Source of the DNA: Candidatus Binatia bacterium
GTDB taxonomy: Bacteria; Desulfobacterota; Binatia; Bin18
NCBI GenBank assembly: GCA_963664395.2
Contig: OY761159.2
Coordinates: 1,856,001-1,920,000 of the forward strand
DNA length: 64,000 nt
Reading direction: 5' to 3'
Shown: positions 41,210 through 52,000 of the stretch, piece by piece
Layout: every line of letters starts with the position of its first letter
How positions within the stretch are numbered: the stretch's first letter is position 1
Made by a program: the position numbers and the translations under genes
The notes under the pieces: generated by a model
Databases searched by the model: none
Told to the model about the DNA's origin: nothing
What the model saw: the letters and a program-made list of their open reading frames with translations, nothing else

Positions 41210-41410
41210 ATGAGCGTTACGAAAGCGATAATCAGAACTCCGGAAGAATTCTTTTTACGTCCGCACTTATACAAGGACAAGTTTCCTGGGGAGCGAAACT
41301 TGCAGTTATCACCTGTCATTGAAGCGCGTATTCGAGCCCAAGATGCGGCTGGGCAGATTGTTTTTGGGGAAGAGCATAAACTCGTCAAGACGAGTATCGC
41401 ACCGAACTGA
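41210..41410 (+). CDS. Small hypothetical protein or gene fragment
   Basis: 66-aa ORF starting 3 nt after the SDR stop and filling the gap; no recognisable motif. Confidence 0.35.
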   Translation: MSVTKAIIRTPEEFFLRPHLYKDKFPGERNLQLSPVIEARIRAQDAAGQIVFGEEHKLVKTSIAPN

Positions 41411-41418
41411 AGCGTTCT

Positions 41419-42165
41419 CTAATCAGCTTGAGGCTTGAAGCCGCCAAAAACCGCAAAATTCAGAAACTTCCAATAGCAGTCCACAATCGTGAAGCCGGCC
41501 TCTCGCCACCAGTTCAGCTGAGGCTCCAGCGGAGCGATGTGGCTACTCTGTCCCTTGGGACGCTGCATGGCAATCCGTACCTGGCGAATTTCTTCGAGCG
41601 AGTGCAGCTCTCCAGTCTGTTCCTGGACCTGCTGCTGAATCACTCGATCCGCCAACGGCGTAAACTGGTCGCGTAATGCAGGGTCGCCGGCAACTACATC
41701 ATTATTGAGGAATATGCCGCCAGGCTGGAGCAGGTCGAACACCTCAGCACAAAGCGTTCGCTTGCGGTCGTCGGTCAGGTGATGCAGCGCAATAGCTGAG
41801 ACTGCGGCATGAAACGGTCCGGGCAGATCGGCATGCCAGGTGGGATCAGCCAGATCGCGCAGAAAAAGTTCGACTTGCGCGCCATACTTGCTGAGGCGGG
41901 GCTCAGCATGCTCGTGCATAGCGGTCGAGCCGTCAACCCAGGTGACTGTTGCGTGTGGATAATAAGAGAGAATCGTCTCTGTGACCGCACCATAGCCTGC
42001 GCCTAAATCGAGCACACGGATCGGTTCATCGGTTGGCCAGGGAAAGAGATCAACTAAGGTATTGAGCTGCTCAAAACGCTTAGGAATCAGGAGCGCGCTC
42101 CGCTGTACAAAATAGTCAACTTTGTCTTGGTCTCCCCAGCCACACAGGGTATCAGGCTCGGCCAT
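41419..42165 (-). CDS. Class I SAM-dependent methyltransferase
   Basis: VLDLGAGYG, VDGS, AIALHHL, LQPGGIFLN. Confidence 0.9.
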   Translation of the reverse strand: MAEPDTLCGWGDQDKVDYFVQRSALLIPKRFEQLNTLVDLFPWPTDEPIRVLDLGAGYGAVTETILSYYPHATVTWVDGSTAMHEHAEPRLSKYGAQVELFLRDLADPTWHADLPGPFHAAVSAIALHHLTDDRKRTLCAEVFDLLQPGGIFLNNDVVAGDPALRDQFTPLADRVIQQQVQEQTGELHSLEEIRQVRIAMQRPKGQSSHIAPLEPQLNWWREAGFTIVDCYWKFLNFAVFGGFKPQAD

Positions 42166-42218
42166 TGGTGTTCCTCCAGGGTCATCTCGATTTTGTCATC
42201 AATGCGTAAGAACGGTTT

Positions 42219-42262
42219 GCGCAAGCTCCTCCAGCGCAAGCTCCTCCAGCGCAAGCTCCTCC
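42219..42262. repeat. 15-bp tandem repeat x3
   Basis: GCGCAAGCTCCTCCA three times, last copy 14 nt. Confidence 0.9.
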
Positions 42263-42354
42263 CTCATAAAGGTTCCGTTGCTCTGGGGTCAATCCTCTAG
42301 CTAATGTATCGCGTGAATCATTGAAGTGGTATGACGCGTACCAAGGAGGGAGCC

Positions 42355-44148
42355 ATGATCGTCCAAGCGCGCAAACAATACAAAGTCACTACTGAAGAGA
42401 ATGTTCCGATGAAAACACGGGATGGGATCACGCTGTACGCCGACGTGGTCCGACCGGACTCGGACGAGCGTTTCCCCGCCCTGCTGAGCCGCACCCCCTA
42501 TGGCAAAAAGGGCTCCGCCGACCCTAATGGTCTCAACGCCTCGTATGCGCAGTATGGCTATGTCTTTATTACCCAGGACTGTCGCGGCCGTTTCGAGTCC
42601 GAAGGAGAATACGACACCATCTTTCAGGAAGCTGCTGACGGCTACGATGCCGTCGAATGGGCCGCCCGCCTGCCGGGGTCGAACGGTCGGGTAGGGACGA
42701 CCGGCCAGTCCTATTTGGGGCTGACGCAGTATCTGATTGCCTGTAACGACCCCATGCCGCCGTCCCTCCAGTGCATGGCGCCGGTTTCAGCTTCGGCCGA
42801 CTATCATGCCAGTTGGATCTATCAGACCGGCGGGGTGTCAAAGTGGGGCTGGATGGTGCCGTATGCCATCTTCAAGGGCCTCGACACACTCAAGCGCCAG
42901 GGCCGCAGAGACCTGATGGAAAAGATGAAGGAGTATGTCGAAGGCGGCGAGTTGGCCGGCGTGCGGACGACCCGCTGGGGCCTGAACGCCTTCACCCCCC
43001 TGACAGACGAATGGTATCGTCACCTGCCGATCAAAGACTGGGGTGAATTGCTCAAAGAAACCGCTCCGTATATGGCCGATCACATCGCCCATGCCGACGA
43101 TGGCGAGTACTGGTATCGGGCCAATGTGAACCGCTTTGCTGAGACGATCAGTACGCCAATGCTGCATGTCACCTCGTGGTACGATACGTTTGCCGAGGGT
43201 GGGCCAGCCGCTTATCAGAGCATCACTCGTAAAAGTCAGTTTGAGGTAGCCCGAGCCGGCCAACGGCTGATCATCGGACCGTGGGGTCATCTCTTACCCT
43301 ATACGACGCCGACTTCACGCGGTGCAGGTGATATCGATTTTGGTCCGAATGCCTTGATCGACCTGAGTGCAACCTTGCTGCGCTGGTTCGATTATTGGCT
43401 CAAAGACGTAGACAACGGGATTATGGACGAGCCGCCAGTCAGCATCTTCACTCTGGGTGAAAACCGCTGGCAGCAGCTGTCCGACTGGCCCCCACCGAAT
43501 ATACGTCAGGTACGGTACTTCCTGCACAGCGACGGCGGGGCAAACACTCTCAATGGTAACGGGAGCCTCTCAACCGTGCCGCCCGGCCAAGAGCAGGCAG
43601 ACGGCTATGTGTATGATCCCGACAATCCAACTCCATCACTGGGCGGCAATAATCTGACCGTCGATATGGGCGTGCAGGATCAGCGCCCGGTCGAAGAGCG
43701 CCGCGATGTCCTGGTCTATACCTCCGAACCATTCACTCAAGTGCTGGAAATCACCGGACCGGTGTCGGTCACGTTGTGGGCGGCGTCCTCAGCCGTTGAT
43801 ACGGACTTTACGGCCAAGCTCGTTGACGTCCATCCGGACGGCTATGCGCAGAATCTGCTCAATGGCATCATCCGCGCCCGCTATCGGGACTCGGCGACCA
43901 CGCCCGAACTGATGGAAGCGAACAAGCCGTATCAGTTTGCGATTGATTTATGGGAGACGAGCAACGTTTTTCTGCCGGGTCACCGCCTCCGTCTGGAAAT
44001 CAGTTCCAGCCATTTCCCGGAGTTCGACCGCAACCTGAACACGGGCGAGCCGTTTGGCGAGGGAACGCAGGGGGTGGCAGCCCAGCAGACGGTATTCCAT
44101 CAGGAGGACCGGGCGTCCTTTGTCCTGCTGCCGGTGATTCCCCGATAG
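42355..44148 (+). CDS. CocE/NonD family serine hydrolase
   Basis: RTPYGK, QDCRGRFESEG, GQSYLG, WYD, GPWGH. Confidence 0.94.
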   Translation: MIVQARKQYKVTTEENVPMKTRDGITLYADVVRPDSDERFPALLSRTPYGKKGSADPNGLNASYAQYGYVFITQDCRGRFESEGEYDTIFQEAADGYDAVEWAARLPGSNGRVGTTGQSYLGLTQYLIACNDPMPPSLQCMAPVSASADYHASWIYQTGGVSKWGWMVPYAIFKGLDTLKRQGRRDLMEKMKEYVEGGELAGVRTTRWGLNAFTPLTDEWYRHLPIKDWGELLKETAPYMADHIAHADDGEYWYRANVNRFAETISTPMLHVTSWYDTFAEGGPAAYQSITRKSQFEVARAGQRLIIGPWGHLLPYTTPTSRGAGDIDFGPNALIDLSATLLRWFDYWLKDVDNGIMDEPPVSIFTLGENRWQQLSDWPPPNIRQVRYFLHSDGGANTLNGNGSLSTVPPGQEQADGYVYDPDNPTPSLGGNNLTVDMGVQDQRPVEERRDVLVYTSEPFTQVLEITGPVSVTLWAASSAVDTDFTAKLVDVHPDGYAQNLLNGIIRARYRDSATTPELMEANKPYQFAIDLWETSNVFLPGHRLRLEISSSHFPEFDRNLNTGEPFGEGTQGVAAQQTVFHQEDRASFVLLPVIPR

Positions 44149-44198
44149 AAAACTGGATAGCGCGAAACGAATAAGTGAAAAACGGGAGTGAACGAACC

Positions 44199-45293
44199 AT
44201 GCGGGCCTTGGTTATCGGCGGGACCGGACCGACCGGTCACTTTGTCGTGAATGGATTGATTGCGCGCGGATTCGAGGTGTCCATCCTGCACACGGGTAAG
44301 CACGAAGTGGCTGAGATTCCCGCATCCGTGGTCCACATTCATACCAACCCGTTCGATGAGCAGGCGTTGATTGACGCTCTCGGAAATTCCCATTTTGACG
44401 TAACCCTGGCCATGTACGGCCGTTTACGGCGGGTGGCCGAGATTATGGTTGGCCGGACGGAGCGGTTTATTTCGGTCGGTGGAGGCCCGGCCTACCGGGG
44501 CTTTATGAACGCGGATATGGTCCATCCGCCGGGGCTGCCCGTCCCCGTTGGGGAGGACGCGGTCAAGACGGCGAGCGAAGCAGAGGATGGCAAAGGCTAC
44601 CGGGTATATCGCTCGGAAGAAGTGGTTTTCAAACACCACCCGAACGCCACGCATTTTCGGTACCCACAAATCTATGGCGCCTATCAAGTCGTGCCGCGCG
44701 AATGGCCCATTGTCCGCCGCATCCTGGACCAGCGGCCTTTCATCATCCTCCCGGACGACGGCTTATCGCTGAACCACTCCGGCGCTGCGGCCAACGCCGC
44801 TCACGCCCTGCTGTTGGCCGTGGATCAACCCGAGGTTGCCGCCGGGCAGGTGTATAACTGTGGCGACGCTCATGTCTTAACCCTAAAGCAAGTCGTGCAA
44901 CTATGTGCCGAAGCGCTCGGTTACGAGTGGGAGATTATTTCGATGCCGTATGAGCTGGCCGTCAGCGCCAGACCGTTACTCTCACAACCCTGGACGACTC
45001 ACCGGATGTTTGATCTGACCAAAATCAAATCAGAGCTCGGCTATCGGGATATTGTCCCGCCGGTTGAGGGGATCAAACAGGCGGCGGTCTGGCTACGTGA
45101 CCATCCATTAGCATATGGGGGGCGGGAGGAAACGATGCTGCAAGATCCGTTTGACTATGCGGCTGAGGATCGCCTGGTCGCCGCCTGGACGCGGGCGGTG
45201 CATTCGATTCCGAAAGATTTGTTCCGGCAAGAGCCGGGCTATACCGCATCCTATAGCGGACCGGGCGGCTCTCAGCGTAAAGGCAGTTGGTGA
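44199..45293 (+). CDS. NAD-dependent epimerase/dehydratase family protein
   Basis: LVIGGTGPTG, RYPQIYG, GQVYNCGD. Confidence 0.85.
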   Translation: MRALVIGGTGPTGHFVVNGLIARGFEVSILHTGKHEVAEIPASVVHIHTNPFDEQALIDALGNSHFDVTLAMYGRLRRVAEIMVGRTERFISVGGGPAYRGFMNADMVHPPGLPVPVGEDAVKTASEAEDGKGYRVYRSEEVVFKHHPNATHFRYPQIYGAYQVVPREWPIVRRILDQRPFIILPDDGLSLNHSGAAANAAHALLLAVDQPEVAAGQVYNCGDAHVLTLKQVVQLCAEALGYEWEIISMPYELAVSARPLLSQPWTTHRMFDLTKIKSELGYRDIVPPVEGIKQAAVWLRDHPLAYGGREETMLQDPFDYAAEDRLVAAWTRAVHSIPKDLFRQEPGYTASYSGPGGSQRKGSW

Positions 45294-45318
45294 GAACGGG
45301 CGCGCCCGGCGAGACTTC

Positions 45319-46941
45319 CTATTCTGCATCCGGGAGGGACCAGGGCACGGCTGCCCAGGTGGGATGGGTCCAACCGTCGAGATCATAGTGGCTCATACAC
45401 TCGTCGACCATCGCTTTCATCGAGGCATTCAGACCCGAATGCTCGGCTGCCTGATAGGTCTCGACCCGATTCGCTTCATACCCGCCGGCGAAGTTACGCT
45501 CGTGAGCCTCTGTGCGGCCGGCGAACTCGGTCAGAAATAAATCCCAGATGACGCGCAGGAGTTTCACCCGTTCCTCCGCTGTTGCGGTGGCCCCTTTCCA
45601 GTAGCGGTCGAGCAACGGACGAGTGGCCGGGTTCTTGAAATCACGGGCCGAGGAGGGGATCTGGATCAGGTTGCCGGACAGCAGGTTCTGGAACATGGTC
45701 CGCGCCTTAGTGAAAGTATCGCCGTAAATGTTCCGCCATTGGAGCGCATACTCGGTCTTCGGCAGCAGATAGCCTCCCGGTCCGGGCTCGGCATCCGCCG
45801 CCATTGCCGTGGACAGCGCCCAGATGTTGTGCCGCATGCCGAGTAACTCACCGATCACCGCCTGCACCTCGCGGAAGCCGGTCTTCTGCTGCATCTCTGT
45901 CGCCTGGAGGAGTAAGCCACAAATGAAGTCGAGCTTGACCGCCGTCCGGGCCGCGGCGTGGAAGGCAAACCGCTGAGCAAAACCACGCGGGAAGAGGCCG
46001 TTCACAACCGCGGGATTACGGTACACGGTTACGTCTTCCCAGGGGATAAATACGTCGTCGAGTACGATGCTCAGGTCGGACTCGTCAAACCGGCTGGAGA
46101 GCGGATAGTCAAAGGGGGAGCCGATCTTTTTGGCCAGATGTTCGTAGGAATACCGCCCCATGAAGGTGAGGCCGGGAGCAGTGAAGGGCACGAAGAATCC
46201 GATCGCAAAGTCCTCTTCGCCCTCAACCAGCCCAGCCGGCTGGACATACTGACTCATATAAGTGACATGGCTGAAGGCAGCCCCGGTGGAGACCATGCGC
46301 GCCCCACGCACGACAATGCCATCGTCGCGCTCTTTCACGACGTGCATATAGACATCGCGCTGCTCGGCCGGTGGCTTTGAACGGTCGCCGGCCGGATTGA
46401 CCAAGCTCAGATTGACGAACATGACCTCGTCGGCGATCTTCTCATACCAACGCTGCACGTTCGGACCGTACTCACCATAAAAGTCCACATCGCCGGCCAA
46501 GGTCCCAACCAACGCCGCCTTATAGTCAGGGCCGCGCGACAGCGTGCCCCAACTCAAGCGGGCCCACTCGGCGATGGCATCCCGGGCCTCGAACAGGTCT
46601 TGATGCGTCCGGGGGAGTTTATAGAACTTGTGTGAACGCGCCCCCCGCTCCGTCACATACGTCAAAAGGTCATGCTTCTCCGGGTCGTGGAGCGTGTCAT
46701 ACATGCGGGCATACGAGCGGGCACTGGTGGCAAAGGCCGGATGGGTGGTGACATCCTTGACTAATTCACCATCGAAATAGATGACCCGCCCGTCACGCAG
46801 TCCTTCGAGGAATTCCTCGCCGGTCGGCGGCTCGCGGATGACCTGGGGCGCGGCAGCGTCAGACTGGGGTAAATCCTGACCGTTGCTGCTGGGATTGTCC
46901 TGGGGTGTCAAGAGCGGTGCATTGGGTGTCGATTCTTGCAT
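45319..46941 (-). CDS. 4-hydroxyphenylacetate 3-hydroxylase (HpaB-like) oxygenase
   Basis: LRDGR, DVTTHPAF, SRGPDYK, DYPLSSRFDESD, FIPWE. Confidence 0.9.
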   Translation of the reverse strand: MQESTPNAPLLTPQDNPSSNGQDLPQSDAAAPQVIREPPTGEEFLEGLRDGRVIYFDGELVKDVTTHPAFATSARSYARMYDTLHDPEKHDLLTYVTERGARSHKFYKLPRTHQDLFEARDAIAEWARLSWGTLSRGPDYKAALVGTLAGDVDFYGEYGPNVQRWYEKIADEVMFVNLSLVNPAGDRSKPPAEQRDVYMHVVKERDDGIVVRGARMVSTGAAFSHVTYMSQYVQPAGLVEGEEDFAIGFFVPFTAPGLTFMGRYSYEHLAKKIGSPFDYPLSSRFDESDLSIVLDDVFIPWEDVTVYRNPAVVNGLFPRGFAQRFAFHAAARTAVKLDFICGLLLQATEMQQKTGFREVQAVIGELLGMRHNIWALSTAMAADAEPGPGGYLLPKTEYALQWRNIYGDTFTKARTMFQNLLSGNLIQIPSSARDFKNPATRPLLDRYWKGATATAEERVKLLRVIWDLFLTEFAGRTEAHERNFAGGYEANRVETYQAAEHSGLNASMKAMVDECMSHYDLDGWTHPTWAAVPWSLPDAE

Positions 46942-46982
46942 GGCTTTCTCCTCTTGAGTCGATACGATGAGCGAATGGTGGT

Positions 46983-48122
46983 TCAGTAATCAGCCCGGAG
47001 CGTCCGCAGGTCTCCCATGGTTGCCCCATCCCAGTTTTTCCGACAGCCGAGCAGGGGCAATACACGCTCGCCAAAGGTCCGAATCCCGGCGACCCAGTCT
47101 GGCCAGCAGAACAACATGCCCTCAATATTACGGTCCTCGGCAATGCTGTCGATCTTTCGAGCGACCGTTTCATACGAACCGACAAGGACGGGCACATTCA
47201 TAAACACCATATTCCCGGTCTCAAGGTCCCCGGCCAGCAGGTCTGCATCGGTGCCGGCATTTTCATTCCGGAACTGGCCCGAGGTGCCACCCTTGACCGT
47301 ATCCAGACTCGCCGAGTAGACCAATGACTTGATGGCCTCTATATCGCCACCCGTTACAATATCCGAGGCGGTTTGCCAGGCCAGGTCTTCGGTTTCCGCG
47401 GCGACAATTTGAAACAAGCCGTAGGTGCCCACCCGCGTACCGTACTGTGCGCCGGCTTGCTTGAGGCCGGAGGCGATCGTATGCAACCGTTCGGGTGCGA
47501 CCATCGCAAAACTGTGTCCACCAATCTGAGAGACAAAATCCTGTCCGGCGCCCGACTGCCCTGCGGAGACCAGGGGAATCTCGTGGGTGGGAGTGGGCAA
47601 ACACTGACAGTCGTCCAGATCAAAGTAGGCGCTGTGGTGGGTCATGCTCCCGTCCCTCCACAAGGTCCGCAGCACGTGGACGTAGTCGAGCGCATACGCA
47701 TAGCGTTGCGCGTAATACGCATCCCCGCGCCACAGACCCATCTGGGCATACTCAGGCTTATTCCAGCCCGTGACAATATTGAGCCCGACCCGACCACCAC
47801 TGATATCGTCCAGGGTTGCCATGGTGCGCGCCACATACGCAGGGTGAAGCGCCAGGAGAGAGGCGGTCGGAATCAAGCCAATCCGCCGCGTTACCGTGGC
47901 TAAGGCTGAGGTCAGTGAAAACGACTCCAGGCAGCCATCCCAATAGCCCGTCTCGCCACCGAACCCACGAAATTTCATCATCGATAAGACGAAATCGAAT
48001 CCGAGACGCTCTGCTTCAAGAGTAATATCTCTGTTCAGCTCCCAGGTTGGCATATACGGCGGAATCGTCTTGCTCATGATATAGCCATTGCTGCCGTTAG
48101 GCAGAAAGACCCCAAACTTCAT
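46983..48122 (-). CDS. RutA-like LLM monooxygenase
   Basis: GVFLPNGSNG, LSMMKFRGFGGET, NIVTGW, AGQSG. Confidence 0.88.
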   Translation of the reverse strand: MKFGVFLPNGSNGYIMSKTIPPYMPTWELNRDITLEAERLGFDFVLSMMKFRGFGGETGYWDGCLESFSLTSALATVTRRIGLIPTASLLALHPAYVARTMATLDDISGGRVGLNIVTGWNKPEYAQMGLWRGDAYYAQRYAYALDYVHVLRTLWRDGSMTHHSAYFDLDDCQCLPTPTHEIPLVSAGQSGAGQDFVSQIGGHSFAMVAPERLHTIASGLKQAGAQYGTRVGTYGLFQIVAAETEDLAWQTASDIVTGGDIEAIKSLVYSASLDTVKGGTSGQFRNENAGTDADLLAGDLETGNMVFMNVPVLVGSYETVARKIDSIAEDRNIEGMLFCWPDWVAGIRTFGERVLPLLGCRKNWDGATMGDLRTLRADY

Positions 48123-48291
48123 AGGATTCCTCCGTTAGAAGAACGTTGGCCCAACCCGAATCGGTCTGAGCGACACCTTTGCCCGAGCGCGGTTCTACCT
48201 CACCCCATGCCGCCTTAGTTCTCCCCCCATAGCATCCTGCCCGGCCCTGTCAACATTGCGGAGATGGGGATTGGCACATGTAATATGGTAT

Positions 48292-48573
48292 GTGACAGTT
48301 GACGGATCGCCATCAAATACAAGGGCCTGCGGACATTTTTCGAGCGAGGGGACGCACGCCACCACGGACTTGGTTCCACGGATTCGGCGCATCCTGTCGG
48401 ACCTGGACGCGGCAGTAGGGCCGAGGGACCTGGATATGCCCGGCTATCGGCTCCACCGGCTGACAGGCGACCGGCGCGGCTACTGGAGCGTGCGCGTCTC
48501 TGGGAACTGGCGCATTGTCTTCCGCTTTGTGAATGGCGAGGTCGCAGACGTAGACCTGCTCGATTACCACTAG
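48292..48573 (+). pseudogene. higB: HigB (RelE/ParE family) toxin, frameshifted
   Basis: C-terminal LHRLTGDRRGYWSVRVSGNWRIVFRF...DYH is intact; N-terminal KYKGLRTFFERG lies in another frame. Confidence 0.75.
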
Positions 48574-48602
48574 GGTTTACCTATCTGAAGAGGAGACGAC
48601 TC

Positions 48603-48878
48603 ATGGCGACGATGTACGACCCCGCGCACCCTGGCGAAAGCCTGCGGGACGCAATGGCGGCAGCAGGCTGGACCGTGACCGAGACGGCCGCCAAGCTTGG
48701 CTGCACACGGCAAACGTTCTCGCGGCTGCTGAACGGTCGCACCGGCGTCTCGCCGGCGATGGCGTTGGCTTTGGCGTTGGAACGCATCGGGTGGAGCAAT
48801 GCCGCATTCTGGGTCCGACGCCAGGCGCAGTACGACTTGGCCCAAGAGCGGTTACGTCAGGAGAGGGCGGCCGCGTGA
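48603..48878 (+). CDS. higA: HigA family antitoxin
   Basis: PAHPGESL, TVTETAAKLG, SRLLNGR.GVSPAMAL, QAQYDL. Confidence 0.9.
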   Translation: MATMYDPAHPGESLRDAMAAAGWTVTETAAKLGCTRQTFSRLLNGRTGVSPAMALALALERIGWSNAAFWVRRQAQYDLAQERLRQERAAA

Positions 48879-48879
48879 C

Positions 48880-48972
48880 GGGGAGGGCGAGTCGAGGACG
48901 CTACATATAGTGGCAGGACTTCCTCGCCGACTTTCCGGATGGCGCGTTTGACTTCTTCAATCGTCAGCAGCC
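48880..48972 (-). repeat. Direct repeat: displaced copy of the LLM gene 3' end (partner 57705-57801)
   Basis: GGGGAGGGCGAGTCGAG..CTACATATAGTGGCAGGACTTCCTCGCCGACTTTCCGGATGGCGCGTTTGACTTCTTCAATCGTCAGCAGCC; has a 2-nt deletion relative to the gene copy. Confidence 0.92.
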
Positions 48973-49002
48973 ATTCGCCCCTACTCCGCCCGCCGTGTCC
49001 GC

Positions 49003-52000
49003 TCACTCCACGTCCGTAATGACAAAATTCTGACTATTCTGCTGCCATTCCAACAGCACGCTCTGCCCCAAGCGGGGAAAGTCGTCCGCCATACACTCCC
49101 CCTCGGCTCCCCGTAGAAACTCCTGCCCCAAGGTCGTCACCTGTACTGTGGCCCGGCCTAACTCGATGTTGTCCACGAAGGCCACGACTGCATGCTCCCC
49201 CTCCCCCAACAGATTCCAGTTGAACAAGAGGCCAAACCCGTTGTCCGTATCCCCACAGACTCCGGCTGTATCTAACCGCTCCGTCCCATACGCCGCCACT
49301 TGCCGCCCGGCGGTCCCAATCGCAAGCTCGACCGTGTCTGCGTCACACACCCAACCCGAGAGCACCCGGACCCCACTCTGAAAGGAGTTATGACCCGGAT
49401 TCTCCAGAAACCCGGTCAGCCCACTCGTCCGGCCCGTGGTGGCCCCAGCCGGGGGATTCCCGCCCGCAATGACGAAGTTCTGGCTATTCTGCTGCCACTC
49501 CAAGGTCACGCGCGCGCCCAGGGTCGGGAAGTCCTCGGCCTCGCACGTCCCCGTCACATCCCGCAGAAACTCCTGTCCCAGTGTCGTCACCGCCACCGTG
49601 GCCCGGCCGAGTTCCACGCCATCCACGAAGGCCACCACCGTGTGCTCTCCATTGCTCAGCAGATTCCAGTTGAACAATAAACCAAAGCCATTGTCCGTGT
49701 CCCCACATACCCCTGCGGTGTCTAACCGCTCCGTCCCATACGCCGCCTCCTGCGGCACCCCATTCAACTCGATCTCCACCACCGCCGCCTCACACACCCA
49801 GCCTGAGAGAATGCCGACGCCGCTCTGGAAGGAGTCCGGCCCTGGGTTCTCCAGATAGCCCCGCACGAAGGTGACGACTATGTCGTACACCCCGGTCGCC
49901 CCGCCCTGCCCCTGCACGGCCACCACGACTGGCCCGGCCTGCACGCGGGCGCCAAGCCGGGTGGCCTGCCCACTGCCGTCCAGAGTGCCGGTCTCCAAGA
50001 CTGTCCCGTCCTGCCAGATCGTGCCTCGGGTGGTGATCCCCCTAGTGGTGTCCACAAAGAGGAGGCCCCGACCGGGGACGGTGACGGTAAAATAATCCAC
50101 GTCGGCGGCCGGACAGATGGCCCCAGCAGTCACGGCAGACAGCACAATGTCAGTGGCTTGCGCGGTGGTGTTGCCGTGTACGTCGTCCGCACAGGCGGGA
50201 GCACCACCACCGCCACCACCGCCACCGCCGCCACCACCGCCGCCGCCGCGCCGAGGCGGGGGGAGCTGGTCCGAGACCAACGCCTCCGAGACCTGCATCA
50301 CTTCCTTGTTTATCGTCCCGTCGCTGTCGGTATAGGTCGCCGTGGCCCGCAGGTAGTAGTCCCGGTCGGCGTCCACCGGGGTGTAAGTCGCCGTCGTGAT
50401 CAGGGCGCAGTCGATCTGTAGCGTACTGGGATCGGCCGGGGGAAAGTCACGGTACAGGGACCGCTCCCAGCACCAGGCGGTGACCACACCCACCCCGTCC
50501 GGGTCGGCCAGCCTCGCGGTGAACTGCGCCCCGATCTGAGGCGGCGACGAGGGCAGATTGACCCGGCCCAAGGCATCCTCCACCGTGACGGTGACTTCCA
50601 GCCCGGGGCCGGTGAGCGTCTCGCCGGGCAGGCTCGTGGTGTCGGCGGCTTCGATCGTCACGGTGTAGACGTTGTCCTCCCCAACATCTCGCGGCCGCTC
50701 AAAGTCGGGCGGCGGATCGAAGCCCAGTACCCCGTTCCGGTCGATGGAGAAATGGGCACCATCCGGCCCAGTCACCGACCACGCCAGCCGGACAGTGGCC
50801 GGGTTCGTCGCCGTGTACGTGGCCACCGGCTGCGTCCCGCGCTCGGTGTAACTGACTGCGTCGAGCCCACTCACCTCGGGCGGGTCGTCATCAGTGATCG
50901 TCAACGTCGTGGCCTCCAGTCGGCCCACTCCCTGGGCGTTGTCCACGCGCCCCGTCACGGTGACTCGCTTGTCCTGGGCGTCCACGTCGTTATCCACCGC
51001 CGTGAGCGTGCTAGTCGAGCTGGTCGTGTCCCCCGGCGCAATCGTCAGCGGGTTGGGGCTCAGCCGGAAGTCGTCCAGCGTCGCCGTTATGGTGACCTCG
51101 GTCGTCGCGCTCGACGTTCCATTCAGCAGGCGCGCGGTCAACGTGGTCGTGCCGCCGTCTTCACGAATCCGCGGGGGCACCACCGCCACCTCCAGCCGTA
51201 CCGTCGGTGGGTTGTCATTGTCTTCGATAGTCACCGTCACGGGCGCCGGCGTCACCGTCAGCCCCGCCGCTGTGGTGCTGCCGCGCACCGTCACGGTCTT
51301 GTCCGGCTCATCTATCGTGTCGTTCTGCGGCGTCAGGGCGAAGGACGCCGTCCCGCTCTTCTGGTTCGCTGGAATCGTCAGGGTGAAGGTCGTCGGGTCT
51401 GCGGTGAAGTCCGTGCCCTGCGTGGCCGTGCCGGGCGAGACCTCTACACTCACGGCGGTTTCATCCGTACGCGGCACTCCATTGAGCGTGCCCGTCACCG
51501 TCACGGTGGTCCGTCCCGCCTCCTCCGCAACCATCGCCCGGTTCACCGTCAGCACCACCTCGTCGGACTCCGCCTCATCATCTTCGACCGTTACGGCCAC
51601 GTCGGCCGCGGTCTCCCCGGCGTAGTCCCCGCCACTCACCGTATGCGTGATCGTCGCCGACTCGTCCGCGACATCGGTCGGATCGGTCTCGTCCTGCGCC
51701 GTCACGGTCACCCGTTGCGACCGATCCCAGTTCCCCGTCCCGAAGCTCAGGCTGGGCGGCGACACGCGCACGTCCGTATCTGATGTCGCCGTCCTCATGA
51801 CCGTCACCGTCACCGGCGCTATCGGCTCGGAGGTCAACACCACCTCATAGGTCTTGGACGCACCTTCGTTCACACTCAGCTCCGTCGGGGTGACCGTCAC
51901 CCCACGGGTGTCGTCGTCCGTGATCGTCAGCGTCACCGGGTCTGGGGCCTTCACCAGGGCATTGGGCGGCACTGTCCCCGTCACGGTCACCTCTTTGGTC

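Noticed and set aside
48279-48297. HigA operator TGTAAT-N7-GTGACA
   Set aside because: Only 4 of 6 positions are palindromic; plausible but too weak to call
48880-48972. Template repeat of a diversity-generating retroelement
   Set aside because: No reverse transcriptase in the window, differences are not adenine-specific, and the repeat includes indels and sequence past the stop
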